IMG/VR virus record: IMGVR_UViG_3300031784_000002
Origin: a virus
Taxonomy: Duplodnaviria > Caudoviricetes
DNA length: 64,000 nucleotides
Direction: 5' to 3' (one strand)
The translations under genes were made by a program, and so were the position numbers. The notes beneath the pieces are model-generated. The model was not told the origin of the DNA. It did no database searches and saw only the letters and a program-made list of their open reading frames with translations. Below are positions 48,106-57,220 of this stretch, piece after piece (within the stretch, counting starts at the first letter, position 1; each line of letters starts with the position of its first letter).

Positions 48106-50793
48106 TTATTGTATGGTTATCCCACTTAAAGTAAATGCACCAGAAATTCTAAGACTATATCCTTCTGGTTCATTTCCAGTTAAAGCATCCCATATTACTA
48201 TGGGTCTCCCACCTTCTAAACTATTCACATCAATCCAATTCTCATCAGTTGCAGTCGTGGATTCAGTTCCAGTATAAAATTGATCAGTATTAGCATCATC
48301 AACAACTGTCTTCAACCAGTTTCGTATATCTAACCAAGTCCAATCTCTATTAAATTGCAATTTAGTTGCAATTAACCCACAAGCAACGGGACATGCCGAA
48401 CTAGTTCCACTAAATTTGCCATCATATGGCGTTAATGTAAGTCCCGGATAGATATCTGCTCTGAGGTAGGTCCCAACAGGAGCTTGTGCTGTTAATGTGC
48501 CATCTGCGGGGGCATAACAGTCTATTTCATTACCCATATCACTATAAGTAACTTTCCTCTCTTTACCTCCTGGATCAAAGGAATCATCAAGAGCTCCAAT
48601 ATTAATTACAGGATAAACAACATTTCCATCTGTTCCAATAAATTTACCGAGTTGTTGTGGAAATCCTCTTCTATTTGTTGAATTATATGCAGTGACTCCA
48701 AATTCATCGTGAGTTGAGGCATAAAAACTAGATGCGGAACCTAAACCAGAAGAGTATCTATTGTTGACACCCATGTGGATGTCAATTTTTGTAGGTAAAT
48801 TTTCATAAAAAACAGCTTCATAAACCATCCCAGGTGATCCTAAAACTCCACCTGTAGAAGCATTTCCTTCATATCTTATTCTATAAGTTCTATTGGGAGT
48901 AGATCCTTCTACACCATAGTATAATCTTTGACAAGAATTATCTGCACAGGACATCATAATTTTGTGGAAAGGTGGATTACTAAAACTCAATCCACTATAA
49001 ACCTGCGATCCTCCACCAAAAGTAATGTATGTATTAGTTCCTGGATAAATTACGTTTGTAGTAAGACCCCCAAACTGAATACTAAAGGGTAAAGTTAAAA
49101 TCCAATATCCATCGTCATTATTTCCAACTGATGGAGTTGTTGATGATGTAAGAGATCCAGCTCCCAATAAACTATTCGTTATACTTGTTACAATACCACT
49201 GCTTCCATTGGTAATAATTCTTTTAGAAGTATTGCTCTGTGCAGAAAAATTTGTAGTTCCTGGAAGTTCTGCATTGGGTAATGCTAGTCCAGTAATCCCC
49301 AAATCTCCACCAACAATACTCCAGAAATTGTTATAATCCGGATGATCAGAACTTACTTGTTTTTGGTTACTGTTGCCCGCAGCTGCAACAAAAATAACTC
49401 CTGCATCTATTAACTCTTCTCCGGCAGATAGATATGAATTAGGCAGGTGTTCACCTTTCATTCTATTTCCATCCCCATATACTCCCACGTACCTCATAAA
49501 GTTTGGGAGTGATGATGATGTATAACTTGTTCCTATCCCAAGACCTAAAGTATTAAGACCTACTCTATGGAAATAAGATCCATTAGTTCTATGAGATGTT
49601 GAACGATATCCCCAACTGTTACTACTAATTGTGGGATCTTTTGTTCCATATTTTGGATTTATAGGTTTATATAAATGAAACAATTTCATTATATTAAAAT
49701 ACTGTTCTATGTCAGACCCACTATTTCCATAAGCGTTTATGACCCATTTGTTACAATTAAATGCCCATCCTTGAGTTCTTCCAAAAGTATTTGCAGCACA
49801 ATCTGTTCCATGGTCGGTGCCATTAGTTGGTCTAGCTGTGTTACTTCCCAAACAAGAAACTCTAGTATAATTTGTAGTGACTCCTACGATTCCTATCGTA
49901 GAAAATCCAACAGATCTTTGAGAAGAATCTCCCCACCAAGATCTTGCAACATTTTCGACAGGAACTTTTGTTCCATCCCAACGAGTTATTAATCTTGTAC
50001 TAGGTGAAGACTCAAACCATTCTGGGTCTATGTAATATGGTGCATCTAAAACTAGATCCAGAATATCACAAGTCCCTGTAGTTGAAGAATTTGAAAATCC
50101 ACTTTTCAATACATTTCCACCAATATACTTTGTTGGACCCCCTCCTGTTGCGTTACTTTGAAATTCTACGTGACCTATCCAAAATCCTTCATCTCCAACA
50201 ATTACGTCAACATCTGATCCATCACCATAATATTGAATTTTATCTGAAAGAATTTGATTTGAACCTGTACTTAGTCCAGTGTGCCAAGGATTCTCTTTGT
50301 TCACACATCTAAAAAGTTGATAACCACTTCGATTCAAATCCGAACTGTTTGGTGAAGTTGGAAGTTGATTATTATCAAACCAGTTTCTATATTGCTTTGT
50401 CGGGGTCTCATATCTATAGTTTCTGAGAGCACTAAACTTCAGTTCTTCTGGTGGTGCTTTATATTTTTGAGGATAACTTTCAAAGTTTTCATGTACATAT
50501 TGCACTCTCGGATGATTACGGAGTTCCTTAGCTTCTTCATCATTCAATAAGTAAACTGCCCTTGTGGGACTGTGTTCTTTGTAATCTATACACTCCACAC
50601 ATTCACACGGTATATTATCTTCGAGAGTTCCATCTCGAATTAAAACTTCATGAATATATTCCCAGTCTTCTGCAGAATAACATCCAACCGCATATAGTTT
50701 TTTTGCATTTAGTTCTGTAGGATACTCTATCCCCAATCCAATTTGATCATTATGAAATGAATAATCGTATTGTTTTTTGTTTTCAGATTCCAT
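48106..50793 (-). CDS. Subtilisin-like (S8) serine protease, probably virion-associated
   Basis: VIVGDEG (Asp), DHGTDCA (His), VAAAGNS (oxyanion Asn), FSGTSSACP (Ser). Confidence 0.88.
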   Translation of the reverse strand: MESENKKQYDYSFHNDQIGLGIEYPTELNAKKLYAVGCYSAEDWEYIHEVLIRDGTLEDNIPCECVECIDYKEHSPTRAVYLLNDEEAKELRNHPRVQYVHENFESYPQKYKAPPEELKFSALRNYRYETPTKQYRNWFDNNQLPTSPNSSDLNRSGYQLFRCVNKENPWHTGLSTGSNQILSDKIQYYGDGSDVDVIVGDEGFWIGHVEFQSNATGGGPTKYIGGNVLKSGFSNSSTTGTCDILDLVLDAPYYIDPEWFESSPSTRLITRWDGTKVPVENVARSWWGDSSQRSVGFSTIGIVGVTTNYTRVSCLGSNTARPTNGTDHGTDCAANTFGRTQGWAFNCNKWVINAYGNSGSDIEQYFNIMKLFHLYKPINPKYGTKDPTISSNSWGYRSTSHRTNGSYFHRVGLNTLGLGIGTSYTSSSLPNFMRYVGVYGDGNRMKGEHLPNSYLSAGEELIDAGVIFVAAAGNSNQKQVSSDHPDYNNFWSIVGGDLGITGLALPNAELPGTTNFSAQSNTSKRIITNGSSGIVTSITNSLLGAGSLTSSTTPSVGNNDDGYWILTLPFSIQFGGLTTNVIYPGTNTYITFGGGSQVYSGLSFSNPPFHKIMMSCADNSCQRLYYGVEGSTPNRTYRIRYEGNASTGGVLGSPGMVYEAVFYENLPTKIDIHMGVNNRYSSGLGSASSFYASTHDEFGVTAYNSTNRRGFPQQLGKFIGTDGNVVYPVINIGALDDSFDPGGKERKVTYSDMGNEIDCYAPADGTLTAQAPVGTYLRADIYPGLTLTPYDGKFSGTSSACPVACGLIATKLQFNRDWTWLDIRNWLKTVVDDANTDQFYTGTESTTATDENWIDVNSLEGGRPIVIWDALTGNEPEGYSLRISGAFTLSGITIQ

Positions 50794-50800
50794 GATCTTC

Positions 50801-52459
50801 TTAGAATAAAGTTAAAGTAGTTGATCCTATTCCTACTGCCGTGAAGGTTAGTTGATTACCTACGAGTGAGATTTGTATCGGGGTTGTATTTCCAACGCTA
50901 ATAAAACCTCCAGTTGAAGTTACAACACCAGAAACATTTGCGTTTCTCCCCACAGTTAAATCGGTACTCACCCCAACCGTTATTGTATCTAGTTTAATAG
51001 AAGTTGCTGCACCGATAGTAGGAGTTCCTGCAGGTAGGCTTTCAAATCTTGTTGCGGTAACAATTCCGAGTGTTATGTCTGGAGTGCCCGCAAGGCCTGT
51101 AGCATTTCCTGTAACATTGCCAGTAACATTTCCCTCTAGGTTGCCACTAAAAGTTGGTGCTGTAATTATTCCACTTTGGCCATTTATTGTAATAGCAGCG
51201 CCCACTGAAATTGTGGCTTTTCCGCCATCTATGAAAACATTGGGATAAAGAACTGGATTACCATCCCTAGAATAAAAAGATGTACCAATTTGTAAGGTTC
51301 TCGTAAACTTACCAGAATAACGAATTTCAAATGGTTCGTCATTTAATTGGTTATCTTGTATTGCGCTGAAATATCCATTGCCAGCACCACCTACTGTGTT
51401 TTGGAAATTTGGCATCAAGAATTTGTTAAATAATCCGTTATTAGTGGTCCTAAATCCCACATTATTGATTATACTGAATCCTTCAACATCAATTCCTTCA
51501 CGTACATATAACCCAAAGTAATTATCTGATGATGTTGTATTAATACCGACTTTTTTTGTTGTATGGATACCTAATACGTCAGATGACCAATAACTTTCTC
51601 CAACGCCTCCTCCTCCTCCAATAGCATTTATTGTAGCAATACCAGCGGACTGCAAAATACTTATATTTACTCCTGCAACTAGTGAGGTAATAACTCCAGT
51701 TAATCTGGATCCAGATCCGTTGTAGGAATCTGCGGTTACAACTCCAACTACAATGTTAGGTGTTCCAGTGATTCCAAAAGCTATTGTAGATATACCTGAT
51801 ACATCTGCATATCCAGAAATTGAAGATTGAGTTGCAATACCAGAAAAATCTGAGTAACTAGAAATTCCTGAAACAAATGAGTAATTACTTGTATTTGTTG
51901 TCTCTGCAAATCCAGCATTTATGGAAATAGTTGCAATACCAGCAACATCTGCATAACTAGAAATACCAGCACTATCTGCATATGTAGCTGATGCAACAAT
52001 GGAGGGAACTGAGATTGTTACTCTTCCAACTCCATCTGGGCCTGTAGATATAATATTTTCACCAAAGTTTAGTTCTCTTGCGACTCCCTTTCTTACACTA
52101 TCATCTAAAACTTCAAGACCACCAACAAGTGCAGTTACGTTAGTAAGTTGTGAACCATCCCCAACAAATTGAGTTGCAGTAACTACTCCCGTAGATTTAA
52201 TATTTCTTACTTCAATATGTTCTGTTGTGGTAATACCAGTGTTTAAGATACCACTGACATTAATTCTTGGAGAACCTGTTAAATTTTGTGCAAGTGTTGA
52301 TATTCCTGCGGTACTTGCATAACTTACAAGATCAAATCCGTTTCCAATTGTATTATATATTTCTAAAAAGTTGCTATTGATTTTACCCATTGCAACTCTT
52401 AATGGATCCCCCTGACCATCATTTGGGTTATTACCAGTGCTGATCCCGAGTCTAGACAT
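50801..52459 (-). CDS. Tail fibre-like protein with gp9/gp10-like N-terminus
   Basis: ISTGNNPNDGQGDPLR..MGKINSNFLEIY; SGIST/GVVTAT repeats shared with 29749; minus-strand TAAATA at 52489-52494. Confidence 0.8.
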   Translation of the reverse strand: MSRLGISTGNNPNDGQGDPLRVAMGKINSNFLEIYNTIGNGFDLVSYASTAGISTLAQNLTGSPRINVSGILNTGITTTEHIEVRNIKSTGVVTATQFVGDGSQLTNVTALVGGLEVLDDSVRKGVARELNFGENIISTGPDGVGRVTISVPSIVASATYADSAGISSYADVAGIATISINAGFAETTNTSNYSFVSGISSYSDFSGIATQSSISGYADVSGISTIAFGITGTPNIVVGVVTADSYNGSGSRLTGVITSLVAGVNISILQSAGIATINAIGGGGGVGESYWSSDVLGIHTTKKVGINTTSSDNYFGLYVREGIDVEGFSIINNVGFRTTNNGLFNKFLMPNFQNTVGGAGNGYFSAIQDNQLNDEPFEIRYSGKFTRTLQIGTSFYSRDGNPVLYPNVFIDGGKATISVGAAITINGQSGIITAPTFSGNLEGNVTGNVTGNATGLAGTPDITLGIVTATRFESLPAGTPTIGAATSIKLDTITVGVSTDLTVGRNANVSGVVTSTGGFISVGNTTPIQISLVGNQLTFTAVGIGSTTLTLF

Positions 52460-52531
52460 TAATTTTCCTCAGTCTTTCCCTATTTTTATATTTATTGGTT
52501 CTTATAAGTAGTAATAGAACTACTTATTACC

Positions 52532-52948
52532 ATGCAGTTTAATTTTAATTTTGGTAAAAAGAAACCAACTATAGTTCAATACGCAGTAATTGGAGTGGTT
52601 TTATCAGCCATTATAACATCTTTTTCTTCATGTACCAAGATTTCAGAATCAAAACTTTGGGATTTGTTAGACGAGATTCAAAGGACTTTGAAAATTGATA
52701 TCTTAAATGATTTTATTGTCAATGATCCAGAAAAACTTGGTAGAAGAATCGAAAGAGATGTGGATAAGGCTATAAGTAATGTCACGAAAGAGTATGATCA
52801 TATCATTGAAGAGACGAATAAAAAATATAAACCAAAATATATGGATGAAAAAAATGATGAGACTTTATGTTATACCGAAGACTGCAAGAAACTTTCACCT
52901 CCCATGAGAATATGTTCTCCAGTGTTTGAAGGTATTGATTGTCATTAA
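52532..52948 (+). CDS. Membrane-anchored, possibly lipoprotein-like hypothetical protein
   Basis: Basic N-terminus, hydrophobic stretch ending FSSC, helical body, three Cys at the C-terminus. Confidence 0.6.
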   Translation: MQFNFNFGKKKPTIVQYAVIGVVLSAIITSFSSCTKISESKLWDLLDEIQRTLKIDILNDFIVNDPEKLGRRIERDVDKAISNVTKEYDHIIEETNKKYKPKYMDEKNDETLCYTEDCKKLSPPMRICSPVFEGIDCH

Positions 52949-53000
52949 AGTCACGTAAGCGATAAATAATATCATACAAAACCGATATATTGTATCTAAC

Positions 53001-53792
53001 ATGGAATCACATCAAGTCAAGGCCCTAGTCGAAGCTTATTCTAAAGTTTATGAAACCCCAGAATTAATTGAAGAAGATTTAATTTGGGAAGATTATCTTT
53101 GGGAAGAAGTTCTTACTGAAGAGTTTATTACAAATGCATATTTCGTTGTTGCCGAACATCTAGTCAACGTAGGAATGGCGGAAAACACTGATGATGCTCA
53201 GATCATCATGTCGGCTATGAATGAAAATTGGATTGATGAGATCCTTGTTGCTGAAGAACTATTAGATTCTTCTATTCTACAAGAAGGATTTTTTGGAGAT
53301 CTTGCAAGTAAAGCAATCGGTGGTGCAAAAAAAGTTGCTAGTGCTGGTGCAGGAGCAGTAAGATCTGGTGCAGGAGCTTTAGATAAGGGTGTCTCTGCAG
53401 CAGGTAAAGCAGCAAAAGCAGTCGGTGGTGCAGCAAAAGCAGTAGGACAAACTGCTGTTGGAACCGCAGTTCGCGCAGGACGTGCAGCGGGTAATGTAGC
53501 ACAAAAAGCGGGACAAGCTGCTGGATCTACAGCAAGAAGAGTTGCAACACCTGTTGCGAAAGCAGTTAAGACTGCTGCACAAACAGCAGTAGGAACTGGA
53601 GTAAGAGCAGCTCAAGCCGCAGGTAGAACTGCTGGTGCAGTAGGACGAGCAGCTGGTGGTGCTGCAAGAGCAGGAGCAAAAGCAGTTGGTGGTGCAGTTA
53701 AGAGTGCAGGTAAAGCTGCACAAAAAGTTGGTAGAGCAGTAGGAAATGAACTTGCTGTCAGTAGAAAAGTTGGAGCGCAAGTCGTCAGATAA
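53001..53792 (+). CDS. Probable internal virion protein, Ala/Gly/Lys-rich
   Basis: TAAATA at 52963; LVEAYSKVYE N-motif, acidic leader, ILQE-G junction, then basic AG-rich repeats. Confidence 0.7.
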   Translation: MESHQVKALVEAYSKVYETPELIEEDLIWEDYLWEEVLTEEFITNAYFVVAEHLVNVGMAENTDDAQIIMSAMNENWIDEILVAEELLDSSILQEGFFGDLASKAIGGAKKVASAGAGAVRSGAGALDKGVSAAGKAAKAVGGAAKAVGQTAVGTAVRAGRAAGNVAQKAGQAAGSTARRVATPVAKAVKTAAQTAVGTGVRAAQAAGRTAGAVGRAAGGAARAGAKAVGGAVKSAGKAAQKVGRAVGNELAVSRKVGAQVVR

Positions 53793-53803
53793 GGGATTAG
53801 CCC

Positions 53804-53832
53804 TTGACAAAAAAATGGGAATTGGTTAGTAT
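53804..53832 (+). promoter_or_regulatory. Sigma70-like promoter
   Basis: TTGACA-17 nt-TAGTAT. Confidence 0.65.
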
Positions 53833-53856
53833 ACGAGTTGTTTCACCAACTTTATT

Positions 53857-54003
53857 ATGACTAACCTTCTCTCCACAGATACATTTAAAATTGCTCTTAT
53901 CGGTTCTTTTGTTACTGTTATTTCTCTTGCTATTTGCGGAACAGTCATTACACTTAATGAACCAACTGTTCAACAAGTTCAATCAACTAACGTCGCAAAA
54001 TAA
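53857..54003 (+). CDS. Small single-TM protein (48 aa)
   Basis: Read manually: MTNLLSTDTFKIALIGSFVTVISLAICGTVITLNEPTVQQVQSTNVAK; lies between the promoter and terminator. Confidence 0.55.
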   Translation: MTNLLSTDTFKIALIGSFVTVISLAICGTVITLNEPTVQQVQSTNVAK

Positions 54004-54010
54004 TCAAGTA

Positions 54011-54036
54011 GGGGGGTCTTAGGACCCCCTTTTTTT
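54011..54036 (+). terminator. Rho-independent terminator
   Basis: GGGGGGTC-TTAG-GACCCCC then a T run. Confidence 0.8.
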
Positions 54037-54073
54037 ATAAATAGAAAATAGGAAACGTTTTCTATTTAATAAA

Positions 54074-54994
54074 ATGTCAGAACAAATTAAAGGTTTGTAT
54101 GAATCATATGCTTCAATTTATCAAATTGATTCGGATTTAGAAGAACTCAATGAGAGTTCCGAACAACTTGATGAACTGAATGTAGGTAAAGTAGCGGGTG
54201 GAGTTCTTGGTGGAGCTCTAGGTGCTGTTGGTGGACCTCTTGGAGCCCTTGCTGGGGGTTATCTTGGATCCAAAGCAGGAGAAGGATTTTCCAGAGGATT
54301 ATCGGGTGGTAATAAACCAAAACCTGCTGCACCATCAAAACCCGTTGCAACAAAACCAACTCCAACAAAGCCTGCGCCAGCAAGACCAACTTCGACACCT
54401 GCTGCTTCAAGACCAGCGCCTGCAACAGCGGCTGCAAAACCAACCGCAGCGGCAAAACCAACTGCACCAGCAAAACCTGCAGGATCTCCAATGGATCAGT
54501 GGGCAAAAGCAAATCCAAAACTAGCTGCTGCAAAAGCGGAAAGAGATCGTACAAGAGGAACAAGTGCAACTACCAATCCTCTCATGAAAGATATGAAGGA
54601 TAGACTTCCTGCTCCTAAGTCTCCATCACCTACAACTGCAAAGACAGGTTTTGACCTTGCTAAAAAGGGAGTCAATCTTGCTGCTGATGTAGATATCTTC
54701 GATCTAGTCAAAGGACATCTTCTAGACGAAGGTTATGCGGACTCAGAAGAGGGTGCAATGGTCATCATGATCAACATGAGTGAAGAGTGGAGAACGTCCA
54801 TTCTAGAGTCTTATGGCGTCGAATTGGATGAAGCTCAAGAATCTCGTGAAAACCCAGAAAAACATGAAGAGGGTGAAAAGAAAGAACATGAGAAAAAGTA
54901 TGGTCATGTTCGCGGTGAAAAAACTCCTATGCCACCAAGAGGTGATAAGCGTAGAGAAGATTTTGAAAAGTGGTATGCTAAGAATGTTCGCTGA
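54074..54994 (+). CDS. Probable internal virion protein, Pro/Ala-rich
   Basis: TATAAATA at 54036; LYESYASIY N-motif; LDE-L, ILE-S and LDE-A junctions. Confidence 0.7.
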   Translation: MSEQIKGLYESYASIYQIDSDLEELNESSEQLDELNVGKVAGGVLGGALGAVGGPLGALAGGYLGSKAGEGFSRGLSGGNKPKPAAPSKPVATKPTPTKPAPARPTSTPAASRPAPATAAAKPTAAAKPTAPAKPAGSPMDQWAKANPKLAAAKAERDRTRGTSATTNPLMKDMKDRLPAPKSPSPTTAKTGFDLAKKGVNLAADVDIFDLVKGHLLDEGYADSEEGAMVIMINMSEEWRTSILESYGVELDEAQESRENPEKHEEGEKKEHEKKYGHVRGEKTPMPPRGDKRREDFEKWYAKNVR

Positions 54995-55012
54995 TACAAT
55001 TTAAAATAATTC

Positions 55013-55051
55013 AAGAGTCCGCTTGACGGACTCTTTTTTTATGGGTAAAAT
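55013..55051 (+). terminator. Terminator hairpin with overlapping sigma70 promoter
   Basis: AAGAGTCC-GCTTGAC-GGACTCTT plus a T run; TTGACG(55023)-17 nt-TAAAAT(55046). Confidence 0.65.
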
Positions 55052-55103
55052 AACTCTGTCGGGGTTCAAAGGATAAATAAGGCTCATATAATTTTAGAGC
55101 TTT

Positions 55104-55541
55104 ATGAGTTATGAAAATCCTTGGCTCTACAATGGAGAGGTTTTTGAGTCTGATTATATTCAAGATCATTTTGGTTTTGTTTATCGTATTGACTGCCTTG
55201 AAAATAATCGGAGTTACTTTGGTAGGAAATATTTCTGGAGCTTCAGAAAGAAAAAAGGTGCTACTAGAAGAAGTAAATCAGAGTCTGATTGGAAAAAATA
55301 TTACGGATCCTGTCCAGAACTCAAAGAAGATGTAAAGAAGTTTGGAAAGGATAAGTTTAAAAGAACAATTATATCTCTACATGATACTGTAGGTAAAACG
55401 AATTACGAAGAGACTCGTCAATTATTTTTAAACAATGTCCTGACGGAGGCCCTTGACACAGGGGAACCGAGATACTACAATAGTAATGTTCTTGGTCGTT
55501 ACTACAGGAAGGATTACTTTCATGGAAAACCAACTGATTGA
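55104..55541 (+). CDS. GIY-YIG-like nuclease, conserved in T4-like phages
   Basis: GFVYRI...SYFGRK...WKKYYGS...YYNSNV; catalytic domain only. Confidence 0.7.
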   Translation: MSYENPWLYNGEVFESDYIQDHFGFVYRIDCLENNRSYFGRKYFWSFRKKKGATRRSKSESDWKKYYGSCPELKEDVKKFGKDKFKRTIISLHDTVGKTNYEETRQLFLNNVLTEALDTGEPRYYNSNVLGRYYRKDYFHGKPTD

Positions 55542-55691
55542 AAATGTTGAAGATCTAAAAGATAGTATTATTGACCGAATTCATTATCTAGCTGACATTG
55601 GTGACTATTTGAATGCTTGTGCAGTTTATGAGGAGTTCAGAGAAACGATTCAAGAAACAAATAAGTGATCTTTAGTAACAAAACTAAATAA

Positions 55692-55801
55692 TCACTTATA
55701 ATGATCTTCGTCATGAGACTTTGAAGTGACAATTAGAGCCGTGGAAAGTGCCCTTTGAAAATTGGGTGTACCCCCTTTCTATACGGATGTAGAGTTCAAT
55801 T
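55692..55801 (+). ncRNA. Candidate structured 5' leader RNA
   Basis: TCACTT/AAGTGA, ATGA/TCAT, CCGT/ACGG, GGAAAG/CTTTCT, GCCC/GGGT and AATT.GAGC/GTTCAATT stems after TAAATA (55685). Confidence 0.5.
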
Positions 55802-55808
55802 AATTTTA

Positions 55809-56474
55809 ATGCTTAACTTCTTTACTGTAGCCGTTCCTCTCGTGGCAATGGTTACAACCAACACGGCAACACTGCCATTCCAGAATTACAAGATGCAAGG
55901 GCCGCCACCTCCAGTTGAGGAACAAGTGCCCTTTTCTATTATAAAGGAATTTGATCTTGTTAATGGTCAGAAGACAGCAATCCGCGAGGTTGCATTACCA
56001 AAACTAAAAGAGAAAAGGCTAATTTGTAAAGGGTGTAATGAACAAGAGAATGTCGCCTTGGATTATTTCCAAGATCGTGGTATTAAAGACAGAAACGCCC
56101 TTGCTACTATCATGGGCAATATTAGACAGGAATCAACATTCGTGCCTAACATTTGCGAAGGTGGTAGCAGAACCAGTTGGAGTAACTGCGGTCGCGGTTA
56201 CGGACTGATTCAATGGACATCTGCCAATCGTTATTATGGATTGGGTGATTTTGCTAAGAAGTATGGTGGTTCGCCATCAGAACTTCATACGCAACTTCGT
56301 TATCTAACGACTGAAATCCAATGGCAACGAATAGAGGACAGGATGAAAACTCCTGGTAAGTCTATCAATCGTTACATGGACTATGCGTATAGTTGGATTG
56401 GTTGGGGGCATCATGGTGCTCGTACATCATATGCACATGATTATGCCAACCGACTGATCACGGTAGAAGTTTGA
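55809..56474 (+). CDS. Exported phage-tail-lysozyme-like cell-wall hydrolase
   Basis: Signal-like N-terminus; ALATIMGNIRQES, GYGLIQWT, QLRYL. Confidence 0.75.
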   Translation: MLNFFTVAVPLVAMVTTNTATLPFQNYKMQGPPPPVEEQVPFSIIKEFDLVNGQKTAIREVALPKLKEKRLICKGCNEQENVALDYFQDRGIKDRNALATIMGNIRQESTFVPNICEGGSRTSWSNCGRGYGLIQWTSANRYYGLGDFAKKYGGSPSELHTQLRYLTTEIQWQRIEDRMKTPGKSINRYMDYAYSWIGWGHHGARTSYAHDYANRLITVEV

Positions 56475-56498
56475 TACAATAGAATAGGTTGGGAGGGG

Positions 56499-56527
56499 TT
56501 GACAAAAAACTTCTCCCCCACTATAAT
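56499..56527 (+). promoter_or_regulatory. Consensus sigma70 promoter heading the tRNA cluster
   Basis: TTGACA-17 nt-TATAAT. Confidence 0.85.
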
Positions 56528-56544
56528 AACTACATACTAAACAT

Positions 56545-56618
56545 GCCTCAGTAACTCAGTGGACTAGAGTATCCGCCTTCTAAGCGGTTAGTCGTTGGTT
56601 CGAATCCAACCTGAGGCG
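56545..56618 (+). tRNA. tRNA-Arg(TCT)
   Basis: GCCTCAG/CTGAGGC acceptor; CT-TCT-AA loop; TTCGAAT T-loop. Confidence 0.92.
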
Positions 56619-56670
56619 TTTGACTTTTTAACAAAAAAGTCTTATAAATAAATCACTTAGGTCGAAAACA

Positions 56671-56772
56671 ATGTCTTTTCAAATGAACAACAAACAGATT
56701 AACATTCTTGATTGCCGCTATTGGCATATCGAGGGTACTCCCCTGTTTGCTGACATGGAAAGACATATGTAA
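56671..56772 (+). CDS. 33-aa peptide with its own promoter and terminator
   Basis: MSFQMNNKQINILDCRYWHIEGTPLFADMERHM; TTGACT-17-TATAAATA upstream; GGGGAG..GAAAC/GTTTCCTCCCC-T run downstream. Confidence 0.45.
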   Translation: MSFQMNNKQINILDCRYWHIEGTPLFADMERHM

Positions 56773-56948
56773 GATGTAATCCATAAAAGCAAAAGACAGG
56801 GGAGAGAAACCAAAAGTTTCCTCCCCTTTTTTGTTGTCTGTGACAGTTTCTTAAGTGTCCACCAGTCCATCCTAAGAGACCGAACGGTGGTATTCTAGCT
56901 AAGTGGTCGAGAGAGACCACGATTCGAACCTTGAAAATTTAACTCTTT

Positions 56949-57020
56949 GGGACATTAACTCAGCGGTAGAGTATCCGGCTTTTAACCGGTTAGTCCTCGG
57001 TTCGAATCCGAGATGTCCCA
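56949..57020 (+). tRNA. tRNA-Lys(TTT)
   Basis: GGGACAT/ATGTCCC; CT-TTT-AA. Confidence 0.92.
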
Positions 57021-57058
57021 TAGACCGCCGCAGTTCGGTCTCTAAACATAAACTGTTC

Positions 57059-57140
57059 GGGAGGATTTCCGAGTGGTTAAAGGAATCTGACTGTAAATCA
57101 GACGGCTCTGCCTTCACAGGTTCAAATCCTGTTCCTCCCA
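57059..57140 (+). tRNA. tRNA-Tyr(GTA)
   Basis: GGGAGGA/TCCTCCC; CT-GTA-AA; long variable arm. Confidence 0.92.
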
Positions 57141-57144
57141 CCTT

Positions 57145-57218
57145 GACCCATTAGTGTAGCGGTCTATCACGCCACCCTGTCACGGTGGAGATCACGGGTT
57201 CGAATCCCGTATGGGTCG
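57145..57218 (+). tRNA. tRNA-Asp(GTC)
   Basis: GACCCAT/ATGGGTC; CT-GTC-AC. Confidence 0.92.
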
Positions 57219-57220
57219 TT

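Noticed and set aside
55104-55541. GIY-YIG gene as a mobile homing endonuclease
   Set aside because: Only a catalytic-type domain is present, with no DNA-binding extension and no interrupted target gene; not called mobile.
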